DNA of 64,000 nucleotides from Pseudomonadota bacterium (GTDB lineage Bacteria; Pseudomonadota; Gammaproteobacteria; Burkholderiales; Burkholderiaceae_C): NCBI GenBank assembly GCA_040388905.1, contig JAZKAY010000002.1, positions 188,054 to 252,053 of the forward strand, read 5' to 3'. Shown piece by piece: positions 46,343 to 54,742 of this stretch (position 1 is its first letter; each line of letters starts with the position of its first letter). The notes under the pieces were generated by a model. It saw only the letters and a program-made list of their open reading frames with translations, ran no database searches and was not told where the DNA came from. The position numbers and the translations under genes were made by a program.

Positions 46343-48243
46343 GGTTCGTCAGGACAGTCGCCAGTCTTGCGCGTGAGATGTGGTCCGGGATGTCCTGCGC
46401 ATTGCTGTGCTGGCTCGTGGCTGTTGCACCGGCCATCGCGCAGGACACCACCGGCGTGATGCGCCTCACCCAAATGGAGTTCGTCAAGTCTGATGCGGAC
46501 CAGCCGCCGGCAAGCGGCTGGGCACAACAAACCCTGCCGGACAACTGGCGCATCTCCAGGCCAGGGGAATCCGGTTACGGCTGGTATCGCACCACCATCC
46601 AGATGCCACGGCAGCCCCCAACGGCCATGGGTCTGATGATCAGCCTGGTCAATACGACCTACGCCGTGTACGTCAACGGTGTTGAAACCGGCGACGGTGG
46701 CGGCATGACAGGCGAGATCAGGCGTAACGGCACGCAGCCGCAGTTCGTGGCGATTGCCCCGCAGGCTTTCCGCGCCGGGGAGAACACCCTGCATATACGC
46801 CTGCGTGTGGCACCCAACCTGCGCGGCGGCATGACCCCCGTGCTGCTGGGACCCCGCCAGGACATCGAGGCACTCTACGACACGGCTTATTTCTGGCGCG
46901 TCACGCTGACAAGGTCTGCCAACCTGGTACTGATCGTTGTTGGCCTGCTGGTCGGCCTGCTCTGGCTAAAACGCAGGCACCAGACCATCTACGGGTACTT
47001 TGCCGCGCTTGCCGTGTTGTGGTCGGTGCGCAACTTCCACTACACCTACAGCGGCAGCGGAATTCCCTCCCGACTTTGGGAAGCCTATGTACTGGGCAGC
47101 CTGGGCGTGGTGATGATGCTGGTATGGCTGTTCATGCTGCGCCTCACGCGCCAGGCCATGCCCCGTACCGAGCGTGTGGTCATCGTCTTTTGTCTGGCGG
47201 TGCCCGTTGTGTTTTTTGTCGCGGGCGAGAAGGTCATGAGCCAGTTGCGGCTGGGCTGGTATGGCGTCTGCACCGCGCTTGGTGTAGCCGCCATCGTGGT
47301 GCTGGCCAGGCATCTTCGCAGGCCCTATATCAAGAGTGGCCTGGGGCCATGGGTCATTCTTGCGGCCATGCTGCTGACCATGGGTTTCGGCCTGCATGAC
47401 TACGCCATCTCCGCAAGCCTGCTGCCCTACGGTTCGGCGGGCATGATGGCATTCGGGGCGCCGCTGTTGCTCGCAGCGCTGGTGTTCAACCTGGCGGCCG
47501 ACTATTTCAGCGCTTTTGAGTCGGTGGAAAAACTCAACGCCACGCTGGAGCGGCGTGTACAGGAGCGCAGCAACGAACTGCAGGCCACCTATGACCACAT
47601 GGCCGAACTGCAGCGCGTGGCTGCTGTCGCAGTTGAGCGCGAACGCCTGATGCGCGACATCCACGATGGCGTGGGCTCCCAGTTGATATCCGCCAAGACC
47701 AGCATGGAGCAGGGCGCGCTGTCGCATGTCGATGCGGCCAGCATGATAGGCCAGTGCATAGACGATCTCCGGCTGGTGATTGACTCGCTGGACCCTGAGC
47801 AGCGTCACGTTGCCGATGCATTGGCAACCCTTCGCTACCGGCTCGCACCCAAACTCTCGGCTGCGGGGATTGAGTCGTCATGGCAGATCAGCCAGAACCC
47901 CGTTCCGCTGGGGCCAGGCGCCATGCTTGACCTGGTGCGTATCGTGCAGGAGGCGCTGGCCAACATGCTCAAGCATTCCGGCGCGAGCCAGGTCTCGATA
48001 AGCTTCGATGCCAGTCCCGACGGCAACTGGAAACTGGAGATCACCGACGACGGCTGTGGACTGTCAACACCCCCCGGGTCTTCCGGGGGCGTGCCGGCAC
48101 AGCGCGGCCTTGCCAACATGAAGCGGCGCGCGACCAAACTCGATGCGCAGCTTGAATTGCACTCCAGACGCACGACAAGCCAGGTGGTCAACGGCACGAC
48201 GGTGTCGGTGACCTGTCTCAGGGCCACTCCGGTATTACCCTGA
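46339..48243 (+). CDS. sensor histidine kinase with a 7TMR-DISM-type input (extracytoplasmic DISMED2-like domain plus 7 TM), HisKA_3 and HATPase
   Basis: ATGA overlap with the regulator. GWAQQTLPDNW...GYGWYRTTIQMP, then ~7 hydrophobic helices, H-box IHDGVGSQL, and ATPase motifs (EALANMLKHSGA, DDGCG). Confidence 0.88.
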   Translation: MRFVRTVASLAREMWSGMSCALLCWLVAVAPAIAQDTTGVMRLTQMEFVKSDADQPPASGWAQQTLPDNWRISRPGESGYGWYRTTIQMPRQPPTAMGLMISLVNTTYAVYVNGVETGDGGGMTGEIRRNGTQPQFVAIAPQAFRAGENTLHIRLRVAPNLRGGMTPVLLGPRQDIEALYDTAYFWRVTLTRSANLVLIVVGLLVGLLWLKRRHQTIYGYFAALAVLWSVRNFHYTYSGSGIPSRLWEAYVLGSLGVVMMLVWLFMLRLTRQAMPRTERVVIVFCLAVPVVFFVAGEKVMSQLRLGWYGVCTALGVAAIVVLARHLRRPYIKSGLGPWVILAAMLLTMGFGLHDYAISASLLPYGSAGMMAFGAPLLLAALVFNLAADYFSAFESVEKLNATLERRVQERSNELQATYDHMAELQRVAAVAVERERLMRDIHDGVGSQLISAKTSMEQGALSHVDAASMIGQCIDDLRLVIDSLDPEQRHVADALATLRYRLAPKLSAAGIESSWQISQNPVPLGPGAMLDLVRIVQEALANMLKHSGASQVSISFDASPDGNWKLEITDDGCGLSTPPGSSGGVPAQRGLANMKRRATKLDAQLELHSRRTTSQVVNGTTVSVTCLRATPVLP

Positions 48244-48349
48244 CGGGGCGTAAATACCCTCTCAGGGGGATGGCCCGAATGCCCGCCAGCGCGTAGCCTT
48301 CAGCATCATCGACAACCGTATCGCGCGCACCGCGAAAAAGGGGGCTGAC

Positions 48350-48982
48350 ATGGGGAATTTGCAACGCCGGATCTGTTTTTCACTCCTTGCCGCGGGGCTG
48401 GCCGCCGGCACGCCGCTGCTGGCGCAAGCCGAGCGTTTTGCGTCGGCAGGCGCACAGGGCTATTGCCTGACCAACTCCGGTGGGTCGGCCACCATCACTG
48501 GCTGCTCGACCAGCGTGCCCGGCCAGAACATCAGCATGGACTACAAGGCTGGCGAGAATGTGTTTTACGGCCAGTTGAAAGCGGGGGGTCAATGCCTGGA
48601 TGCTTCTGGCGCACGACTGGTATTTGCAGGCTGCAAGGCCGGTGATGCGCAGATATGGAAACTGACGGGCAATACCGGCATGCTCAATAACGGCGCCGGG
48701 AACTGCGTGGGTGTCGCCTCCGGTTCGCTCACCACGTCAAAGTGCAGTGCGGGGGGATCCGGCCTGACATGGTGGACTGAAAAGCGCGCCAGAGTTATTG
48801 CGGTACCCAACATGAAGTCTGTCGCGGTCGGCACCAAACTGAAAATTTCGGGCAATAACCTGATCGCCAATGACGGGGCATCCATCGTGGCCGGTGGTGC
48901 GGGGAACATCGTGGCAGGCGGTGCAGGCAATATTGTGGCCGGAGGTGCAGGCAATATCGTGGCGGGCGGTGCGGGCAATTAA
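48350..48982 (+). CDS. secreted ricin-B-type (beta-trefoil) lectin-like protein with a C-terminal (IVAGGAGN)x4 repeat
   Basis: AAGGGGG lies 5 nt upstream. Signal ...GTPLLAQA. Cys-framed repeats include a QxW motif (GQCLDASG...CKAGDAQIWKL). The 8-aa tandem repeat runs to the stop codon. Confidence 0.75.
   Translation: MGNLQRRICFSLLAAGLAAGTPLLAQAERFASAGAQGYCLTNSGGSATITGCSTSVPGQNISMDYKAGENVFYGQLKAGGQCLDASGARLVFAGCKAGDAQIWKLTGNTGMLNNGAGNCVGVASGSLTTSKCSAGGSGLTWWTEKRARVIAVPNMKSVAVGTKLKISGNNLIANDGASIVAGGAGNIVAGGAGNIVAGGAGNIVAGGAGN
48884..48979 (+). repeat. in-frame 24-bp tandem repeat x4 encoding IVAGGAGN
   Basis: The four units encode identical peptides but differ at synonymous positions (for example GCC/GCA/GCG, GGT/GGC/GGA, AAC/AAT). 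Confidence 0.95.
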
Positions 48983-48990
48983 ACCCTCAA

Positions 48991-49338
48991 ATGCCTGGAG
49001 GGGAAGCCACGACTGCCACGCCGCTGCCGACCCGCACGGCGGCAATAGCCATCAGGATCGTCATCGGGGTTTCGCTGGTGATCCCGGTTCTGGTCGTGAC
49101 GGGCAACTATCTCAACCGCAAGGACGTACAGGAGCGTCCCCTGCAGGCTGGCGAGGCGGTGTCGGTCAAGAACGTCAGCAAGGGCTGGCGTCCCGGGTAC
49201 GTTGACACCATTGGCGCCAATGGCCGTATCCAGGTACGCATGGGTGCGACGCGTGAGGCGGCGGCACAGCCCGGCACGGACGTGTTGACGCTTGAGGGCA
49301 GCGGTCGCCTGAAGCGGCGCAAGGACGGCAGTGAATAA
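48991..49338 (+). CDS. hypothetical single-pass membrane protein
   Basis: 8 nt after the previous stop. One TM segment (AAIAIRIVIGVSLVIPVLVVTG) followed by a small beta-rich domain. No clear SD. Confidence 0.5.
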   Translation: MPGGEATTATPLPTRTAAIAIRIVIGVSLVIPVLVVTGNYLNRKDVQERPLQAGEAVSVKNVSKGWRPGYVDTIGANGRIQVRMGATREAAAQPGTDVLTLEGSGRLKRRKDGSE

Positions 49339-49401
49339 GGTTTGCCCCGCACGCCTTGCAGGGCGGGCGAAGGTGGGTCAATTTTTAACAGGGAGCCCGA
49401 C

Positions 49402-49752
49402 ATGAAAAACGTACTGGTAGCGATGGCGCTTGTATCGGCCTGCAGCCTTGCGGCTGCAGAAACCACCGTGTGTGCGCCGCAAAAGCACAAGGAAAACTGG
49501 GGTCGCTACGTACAGAAATACGAGCACGCCGAAAAGGCACTGGCCTGCGCCGGCTTCACGGGCCTCACGCCCAAACAAACCGGCGGCGGCTCACAGTGCG
49601 TTGACTATGTGCCGCATCGCGCCGTCAAGCACGCTGCCGAGGTCGATGCCCCCGTCCGCGGCAGGGGTGGTGCGCTGTGCAGTTACATCGACACCAAACA
49701 GAACCGCAAATGGTATGCAGACAACTTCGGTATCAGGTCCAACAAGGACTGA
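49402..49752 (+). CDS. hypothetical small secreted Cys-containing protein
   Basis: GGGAG lies 6 nt before ATG 49402. Signal MKNVLVAMALVSACSLAAA. Four Cys in the mature part. Confidence 0.6.
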   Translation: MKNVLVAMALVSACSLAAAETTVCAPQKHKENWGRYVQKYEHAEKALACAGFTGLTPKQTGGGSQCVDYVPHRAVKHAAEVDAPVRGRGGALCSYIDTKQNRKWYADNFGIRSNKD

Positions 49753-49755
49753 GCA

Positions 49756-50334
49756 ATGATCTTCCTGCGCGGCCTCCTCGGCTGGGTTGGCTTGACGGTG
49801 ATTGCCATGCCGGCTTACGCGCAAAACTGTCCGCAGGCGGGCGCGAAGTATGTCATCAAGGGTTTTACGGGCGACACCCGGGTCAACGCCAGTGGGGCTG
49901 CGCTGGATGCAAAGTGGGGCTGCAAGTGGAACACGGAAGACGGCCGCGAACTCTGGTGGAAGATGGGCCAGGAGGTCGTTGCAGTCCAGGAGCAGCCGGC
50001 AAAAGCAGCAGGATCGAATGATCGGGCAGGCGACAAGGGCGCCCCTCTGGTGCCAGGCCGCGTCTACACCTGCAACCTGCCGGGCGTGGGTCTATTCACT
50101 GGGGCCTACTTTGGCATCGTTAACGCCGGTACTTACCGAAACTTCGATGGCAAAACCGGCCGCTACAGCTTTGATGGATCAACCGGTGTGCTGCGCATGA
50201 CCAGCGGTTCATCAAGCGGCCTGGCCTACAAACGCATGCCCGAAGGTAACTTCCGCGTTCTCGACCAGAAGGGCAATGTCACCGGCGGCAACTGCGTTCA
50301 TGTGGCCGCATTGCGCATTGACGGGCGCTGGTAG
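49756..50334 (+). CDS. hypothetical secreted protein (shares a C-terminal domain with 50975-51628)
   Basis: AAGGA lies 7 nt upstream and the gene starts 3 nt after the previous stop. Signal ...VIAMPAYA-QN. Confidence 0.65.
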   Translation: MIFLRGLLGWVGLTVIAMPAYAQNCPQAGAKYVIKGFTGDTRVNASGAALDAKWGCKWNTEDGRELWWKMGQEVVAVQEQPAKAAGSNDRAGDKGAPLVPGRVYTCNLPGVGLFTGAYFGIVNAGTYRNFDGKTGRYSFDGSTGVLRMTSGSSSGLAYKRMPEGNFRVLDQKGNVTGGNCVHVAALRIDGRW

Positions 50335-50363
50335 GCGACCCTGCTTTCCTGTAAATTCGGCGC

Positions 50364-50963
50364 ATGTTGAACCCGGACGAACGCGATTTCCTGCATCAGA
50401 CCTCGCTGCGCATTCCGACCGTGAACCGCGCACTGCTGCTCTACGTCACGCTGCTTGCAGGGTTCTGGGGCGGTCACAAGTTCCTGCTGGGAGCCCGGCG
50501 CGAGGGCTGGCTCTACCTGCTGCTGAGCTGGACTTCCCTCACCATCTGGATGGCCATAGGCGACTTCTTCGCCCTGTCGCGCCTGCCGGTTATTGGCCAG
50601 GGTTTCATGAAGCGGCGCGTTCTCAAGCGCCATCCGGCGGATGCCGATGTCATAGAAAAGGCAACGTGGTGGCGCCTGGTCCGCGTGATTCTGATCATGA
50701 TGCTGCTGATTGCCGGCATGGTGTGGATGATCAACCGGCTCAACGAAGGCAGCAAAAGGGTCGCCAGCCTGTGCGCGCAGATCAGGCCAGGCATGCCCGT
50801 GCAGGAGCTTGAAGCCTTCGCAGGTGCCAACGGCCTGCGGCTCGGCAAGGCACACGAGGGCTTCAACTCGCTGGCGGACACGGCAACCCTGGGGCGGCAC
50901 AGTTGCCACGTGTTGGTCGAGGCAGGCAGAGTCACGGAATCCAGCCACTACTTTATGGACTAG
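50364..50963 (+). CDS. TM2 domain-containing membrane protein
   Basis: LLLYVTLLAGFWGGHKFLLGARREGWLYLLLSW is the TM2-domain signature region. A third TM segment and a soluble C-terminal domain follow. Confidence 0.7.
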   Translation: MLNPDERDFLHQTSLRIPTVNRALLLYVTLLAGFWGGHKFLLGARREGWLYLLLSWTSLTIWMAIGDFFALSRLPVIGQGFMKRRVLKRHPADADVIEKATWWRLVRVILIMMLLIAGMVWMINRLNEGSKRVASLCAQIRPGMPVQELEAFAGANGLRLGKAHEGFNSLADTATLGRHSCHVLVEAGRVTESSHYFMD

Positions 50964-50974
50964 GAGTCTTCAAC

Positions 50975-51628
50975 ATGCAACTCATAACAGCGACAAATGG
51001 CCGGGGCACCTGTCAGCACTGCGACGCCACAACGGCGATTTGGCAGGTTGACCTGCGTTCCCGAGCACGTGTGGCGCTGCTCCTCGCGGCTATGTTCGCA
51101 CTGACACTGGCCAACGTGGTGCATGCCGCAGCATTTACAAAAGCCGGCGACTGTGTGGTTGGCAAACGTGTGGTCAACCGTGACAACCAGGCAGGCGTCA
51201 TTGTTTCCGCCGACGGAAGCAGTTGCAGGGTCAAGCTCGACGCCACAGGCAAGATCGACTACAACATCTTCTGGATGCTCAGCCCCGAAGGCCCAGGGGG
51301 TGGCGCCAAAGTATCTGGCGCAGCAGTAACAAAGACACCCCCCTCAGAGGGCAGTAGCGCAGGCACCATACCCACAGGCGTCTACAAATGCTACATGCTG
51401 GCAGGCACCACACTCAACTACGCCTTTATCGACATACATGTCACCGGCGGCAACCGCTACCGGGACAAGAGCGGCAAACCCGGCACATTTGCCGTAGATG
51501 GTGCGGGCAAGATCACCTTCACGGGGCCGCTGGCCGCTGCCAATGCCAAACTGCTGGCAGGCCCTCGCATAGGCCTGAACATGAGCGGCGGAAACTTCTA
51601 CAACACGACCTGCAGCATCAGCCGCTGA
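50975..51628 (+). CDS. hypothetical membrane-anchored/secreted protein (paralogous C-terminal domain)
   Basis: TAGGAG lies 8 nt before ATG 50975. Hydrophobic segment VALLLAAMFALTLANVVHA. The C-terminal ~85 aa align with those of 49756-50334. Confidence 0.65.
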   Translation: MQLITATNGRGTCQHCDATTAIWQVDLRSRARVALLLAAMFALTLANVVHAAAFTKAGDCVVGKRVVNRDNQAGVIVSADGSSCRVKLDATGKIDYNIFWMLSPEGPGGGAKVSGAAVTKTPPSEGSSAGTIPTGVYKCYMLAGTTLNYAFIDIHVTGGNRYRDKSGKPGTFAVDGAGKITFTGPLAAANAKLLAGPRIGLNMSGGNFYNTTCSISR

Positions 51629-51637
51629 CACGCGGCA

Positions 51638-54600
51638 TCAGCCCGCTATCTCTTCGGCATCCAGTTCCTTGATGCGCGCCGGCATTTTTGCCCCGCCAAA
51701 CCACGACACATAAAGCGCAGGCAACACCACAAGTGTCAGCAGCGTCGCAGTGATCAGCCCACCGATCACGACAATGGCCAGCGGCCTCTGTGTCTCTGAT
51801 CCGATGTCGTGCGACAGCGCCATCGGCAGCAAACCCAGCGCGGCCAGCATGGCGGTCATGAGCACCGTGCGCAGGCGCTGCATGGAACCCAGCCTGACCG
51901 CATCGAGCGCCGTGTGACCGGCGTTCTGCAGTTGCTGGAAGACCGACAGCATCACCACACCATTGAGCACCGCCTGGCCCGATAGCGCAATAAACCCGAT
52001 GGCCGCAGACACAGACAGCGGGATCGAAAAAATCCAGAGCGCCACAAAACCGCCAATCAGTGCCAGCGGCACGTTGATCAGGATCAGCGTCGCCATCTTG
52101 AAGGACTTGAAGGCGTCGAACAGCAACACAAAGATCAGCAGCAGCGAGATGGGCACCACCACCGTGAGCCGCTGCATGGCGCGCTCCTGGTTTTCAAACT
52201 CGCCAGACCAGCCCACGGTATAGCCATTCGGCAACCTGACGTTGTCGGCCACGCGTTTTTGCATGTCTTTCACCACCGAGCCCATGTCGCGGCCCTTGAT
52301 GAAGATGCCGATGGCTGCCGTGCGGCGCCCGGCCTCGCGTGCGATGTTCATCGCGCCGCTGGTTTCGCGAATGGTCGCCACGCTGCCCAGCTGCGCATAC
52401 CCGCCATCAGGCGTGGGAATCAGCGTCTGCGGCAGGCTTGATATCACGCGCCTGTTCTCAGGCAGGCGCACGGCCACCGCAAACTTGCGCTCGCCCTCCC
52501 AGATTTGTGTGGCGGCCTTGCCGGCCAACGCCGCCTCGATCACATCCTGAATATCCTGCACGTTGAGGCCGAGGCGGGCCGCACGATCGCGGTCGATGTC
52601 GATGACCAGCTGCGGCAGGTCACCGGCGCGGTCGATCTCGGCGCGGTAAACACCCTGCACCTGCTTGATCTCGCGTTCTATCAGTTCTGTCACACGCTTG
52701 ATCTCGACCAGGTCATCGCCAGACACCTTGATCACAATCTGGCCGTCGATCTGCGAGATGGACTCGAGCACGTTGTCGCGTATGGGCTGCGAAAATGCCG
52801 GCTCCATGCCCGGCAATGCAGACACGGCCTTGTCCATCTGGTCAATGAGCTGCGCCTTGGTCAGGCCTTTGCGCCACTGGTCTTCGGGTTTGAGGTCTAC
52901 AAACACCTCGGCCATGCTGATGGTCTTCGGGTCGGTGCCGTCTTCCGGCTGGCCCGCCTTGGACACCGTGGTGCGCACCTCGGGCACCGTCATGAGTGCC
53001 TTGCGCACGTTGCGAAGCACCCGTGTGGCCTCGTCGTTCGATACGCTGGACGGCAGACGCAGGTTGACCCAGATGGTGCCTTCATTGAGCTCGGGCAAAA
53101 ACTCCGAGCCCAGGCGTGAAGCCGCCACCATGGCCAGCGCGAACACGCCCAATGCAATCACGACCACCGTGCGCCTGCGCTCCAGTGCCCAGTTCAGGAT
53201 GGGTGCATAAAACCGCTTGCTGCTGGCAACCACGCGGTTGTCGCCATGCGGCAGTTTTTTGCGCAGCATCCAGTAAGCCAGCAGCGGCGCCAGCGTCAGT
53301 GAGAAGATCAGTGAGCCTATAAGGGCGGTGGTCACGCTCAGTGCCATCGGCTGGAAGATGCGGCCTTCATGCCGCTGCAGCGCAAAAATGGGTATGTGCG
53401 CCGCGATGATGATGAGCATTGAAAAAAGCGTGGGCCGGCCGACCTCGTTGGCCGCGTCAATGATGGTGGTACGCCGCTCTTCATCACTCATGCCCTCTTT
53501 TTTCTCCGCCAGACGGTGCATGATGTTTTCAATCACGATCACCGCACCGTCCACGATGATGCCGAAATCCATCGCACCCAGACTCAATAAATTGGCCGGC
53601 ACGCCCATGATCTTCAGGCCGAGAAAGGTCGACAGCAGCGCCAGCGGGATGATGACCACCACCGCCAGGCTGGCACGTATGTTGGACAGGAAAAGGTAGA
53701 GCACCAGCGAGACCAGCAGCGCGCCCTCAACCAGGTTCTTGAACACCGTGGTCAGCGTCTTGCCCATCAGCCACGTACGGTCGTAGTAGGGCACGATCTG
53801 CACGCCCTTGGGCAGGCCGCGTGTATTGAGCTCGGCGATTTTCTCCTTCACGCCCTTGAGGACCACGCTGGGGTTTTCGCCCTTGCGCATGATGACGATG
53901 CCTGTGACCACGTCGTCGTCCTGGTCCTGGCCGACGGTACCAAGTCTGGCCACGGCCCCAATTTTTACCTGCGCAATATCGCGTATCAGGATGGGCGTGC
54001 CGCCCTTGGCGGACACCACAATGCGGCCGATGTCATCCGGCGAGGTCAACAGGCCGATGCCGCGAATCGCATACTGCTGCGCACCCTGTGCCACATAACT
54101 GCCGCCAGCGTTGGCATTGCCCCGGCCCAGCGCGTCAAGCAGGTTCTGGAAGGTGAGTTTGTACGCACGCAGTTTGTCGAGGTCGGGCTGCACTTCATAT
54201 TGCTTGATGAAGCCGCCCATCGCCACCACATCAGCCACACCGGGCACCTGGCGCAGGGCGCGTTCGACCACCCAGTCTTCAAGCGTACGCAACTCGGTCG
54301 TGGTCTGCCCATCACCGCGCACGCGGTAACGCATGATTTCACCAACGGGAGTGGCATTCGGCGCAATATTGGCCTCGACACCTGCGGGCAGGTCAACGCC
54401 GCGCAACCGTTCACTGACCTGTGCGCGCACCTGCAGCACATCAGCCTTGTCGTCATAGGTCACCACGGTGAAGGACAGGCCGAACTGCGTGTGCGAAAAC
54501 ACGCGTATGGAATTCGGCAGGCCCGAGAGCGCCACCTCAATGGGCAGCGTGACCTGCTTTTCAACTTCTTCTGCAGCGCGGCCTGGGTAAAGCGCAATCA

Positions 54601-54742
54601 CGGTGACCTGGGTGTCGGTCACATCGGGAAAAGCCTCTACCGACAGGTTCTTGAACGCGATCACACCTGCCATCACAAACAGCAGCGTGCCCAGAACGAT
54701 GAAGAGCGGCTGGGTCAGCGCATACTTGATCAGCCGCCTCAT
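51638..54742 (-). CDS. CzcA/CusA-family heavy-metal efflux RND transporter
   Basis: 1034 aa with the 12-TM RND architecture. The N-terminus MRRLIKYALTQPLFIVLGTLLFVMAGVIAFKNLSVEAFPDVTD is typical of the HME-RND family. Confidence 0.92.
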   Translation of the reverse strand: MRRLIKYALTQPLFIVLGTLLFVMAGVIAFKNLSVEAFPDVTDTQVTVIALYPGRAAEEVEKQVTLPIEVALSGLPNSIRVFSHTQFGLSFTVVTYDDKADVLQVRAQVSERLRGVDLPAGVEANIAPNATPVGEIMRYRVRGDGQTTTELRTLEDWVVERALRQVPGVADVVAMGGFIKQYEVQPDLDKLRAYKLTFQNLLDALGRGNANAGGSYVAQGAQQYAIRGIGLLTSPDDIGRIVVSAKGGTPILIRDIAQVKIGAVARLGTVGQDQDDDVVTGIVIMRKGENPSVVLKGVKEKIAELNTRGLPKGVQIVPYYDRTWLMGKTLTTVFKNLVEGALLVSLVLYLFLSNIRASLAVVVIIPLALLSTFLGLKIMGVPANLLSLGAMDFGIIVDGAVIVIENIMHRLAEKKEGMSDEERRTTIIDAANEVGRPTLFSMLIIIAAHIPIFALQRHEGRIFQPMALSVTTALIGSLIFSLTLAPLLAYWMLRKKLPHGDNRVVASSKRFYAPILNWALERRRTVVVIALGVFALAMVAASRLGSEFLPELNEGTIWVNLRLPSSVSNDEATRVLRNVRKALMTVPEVRTTVSKAGQPEDGTDPKTISMAEVFVDLKPEDQWRKGLTKAQLIDQMDKAVSALPGMEPAFSQPIRDNVLESISQIDGQIVIKVSGDDLVEIKRVTELIEREIKQVQGVYRAEIDRAGDLPQLVIDIDRDRAARLGLNVQDIQDVIEAALAGKAATQIWEGERKFAVAVRLPENRRVISSLPQTLIPTPDGGYAQLGSVATIRETSGAMNIAREAGRRTAAIGIFIKGRDMGSVVKDMQKRVADNVRLPNGYTVGWSGEFENQERAMQRLTVVVPISLLLIFVLLFDAFKSFKMATLILINVPLALIGGFVALWIFSIPLSVSAAIGFIALSGQAVLNGVVMLSVFQQLQNAGHTALDAVRLGSMQRLRTVLMTAMLAALGLLPMALSHDIGSETQRPLAIVVIGGLITATLLTLVVLPALYVSWFGGAKMPARIKELDAEEIAG

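Noticed and set aside
48884-48979. Regular 24-bp repeats considered as a possible mini-CRISPR or VNTR
   Set aside because: There are no spacers. The units are contiguous, in frame and inside a supported CDS, and they differ only at synonymous sites, so this is a coding peptide repeat.
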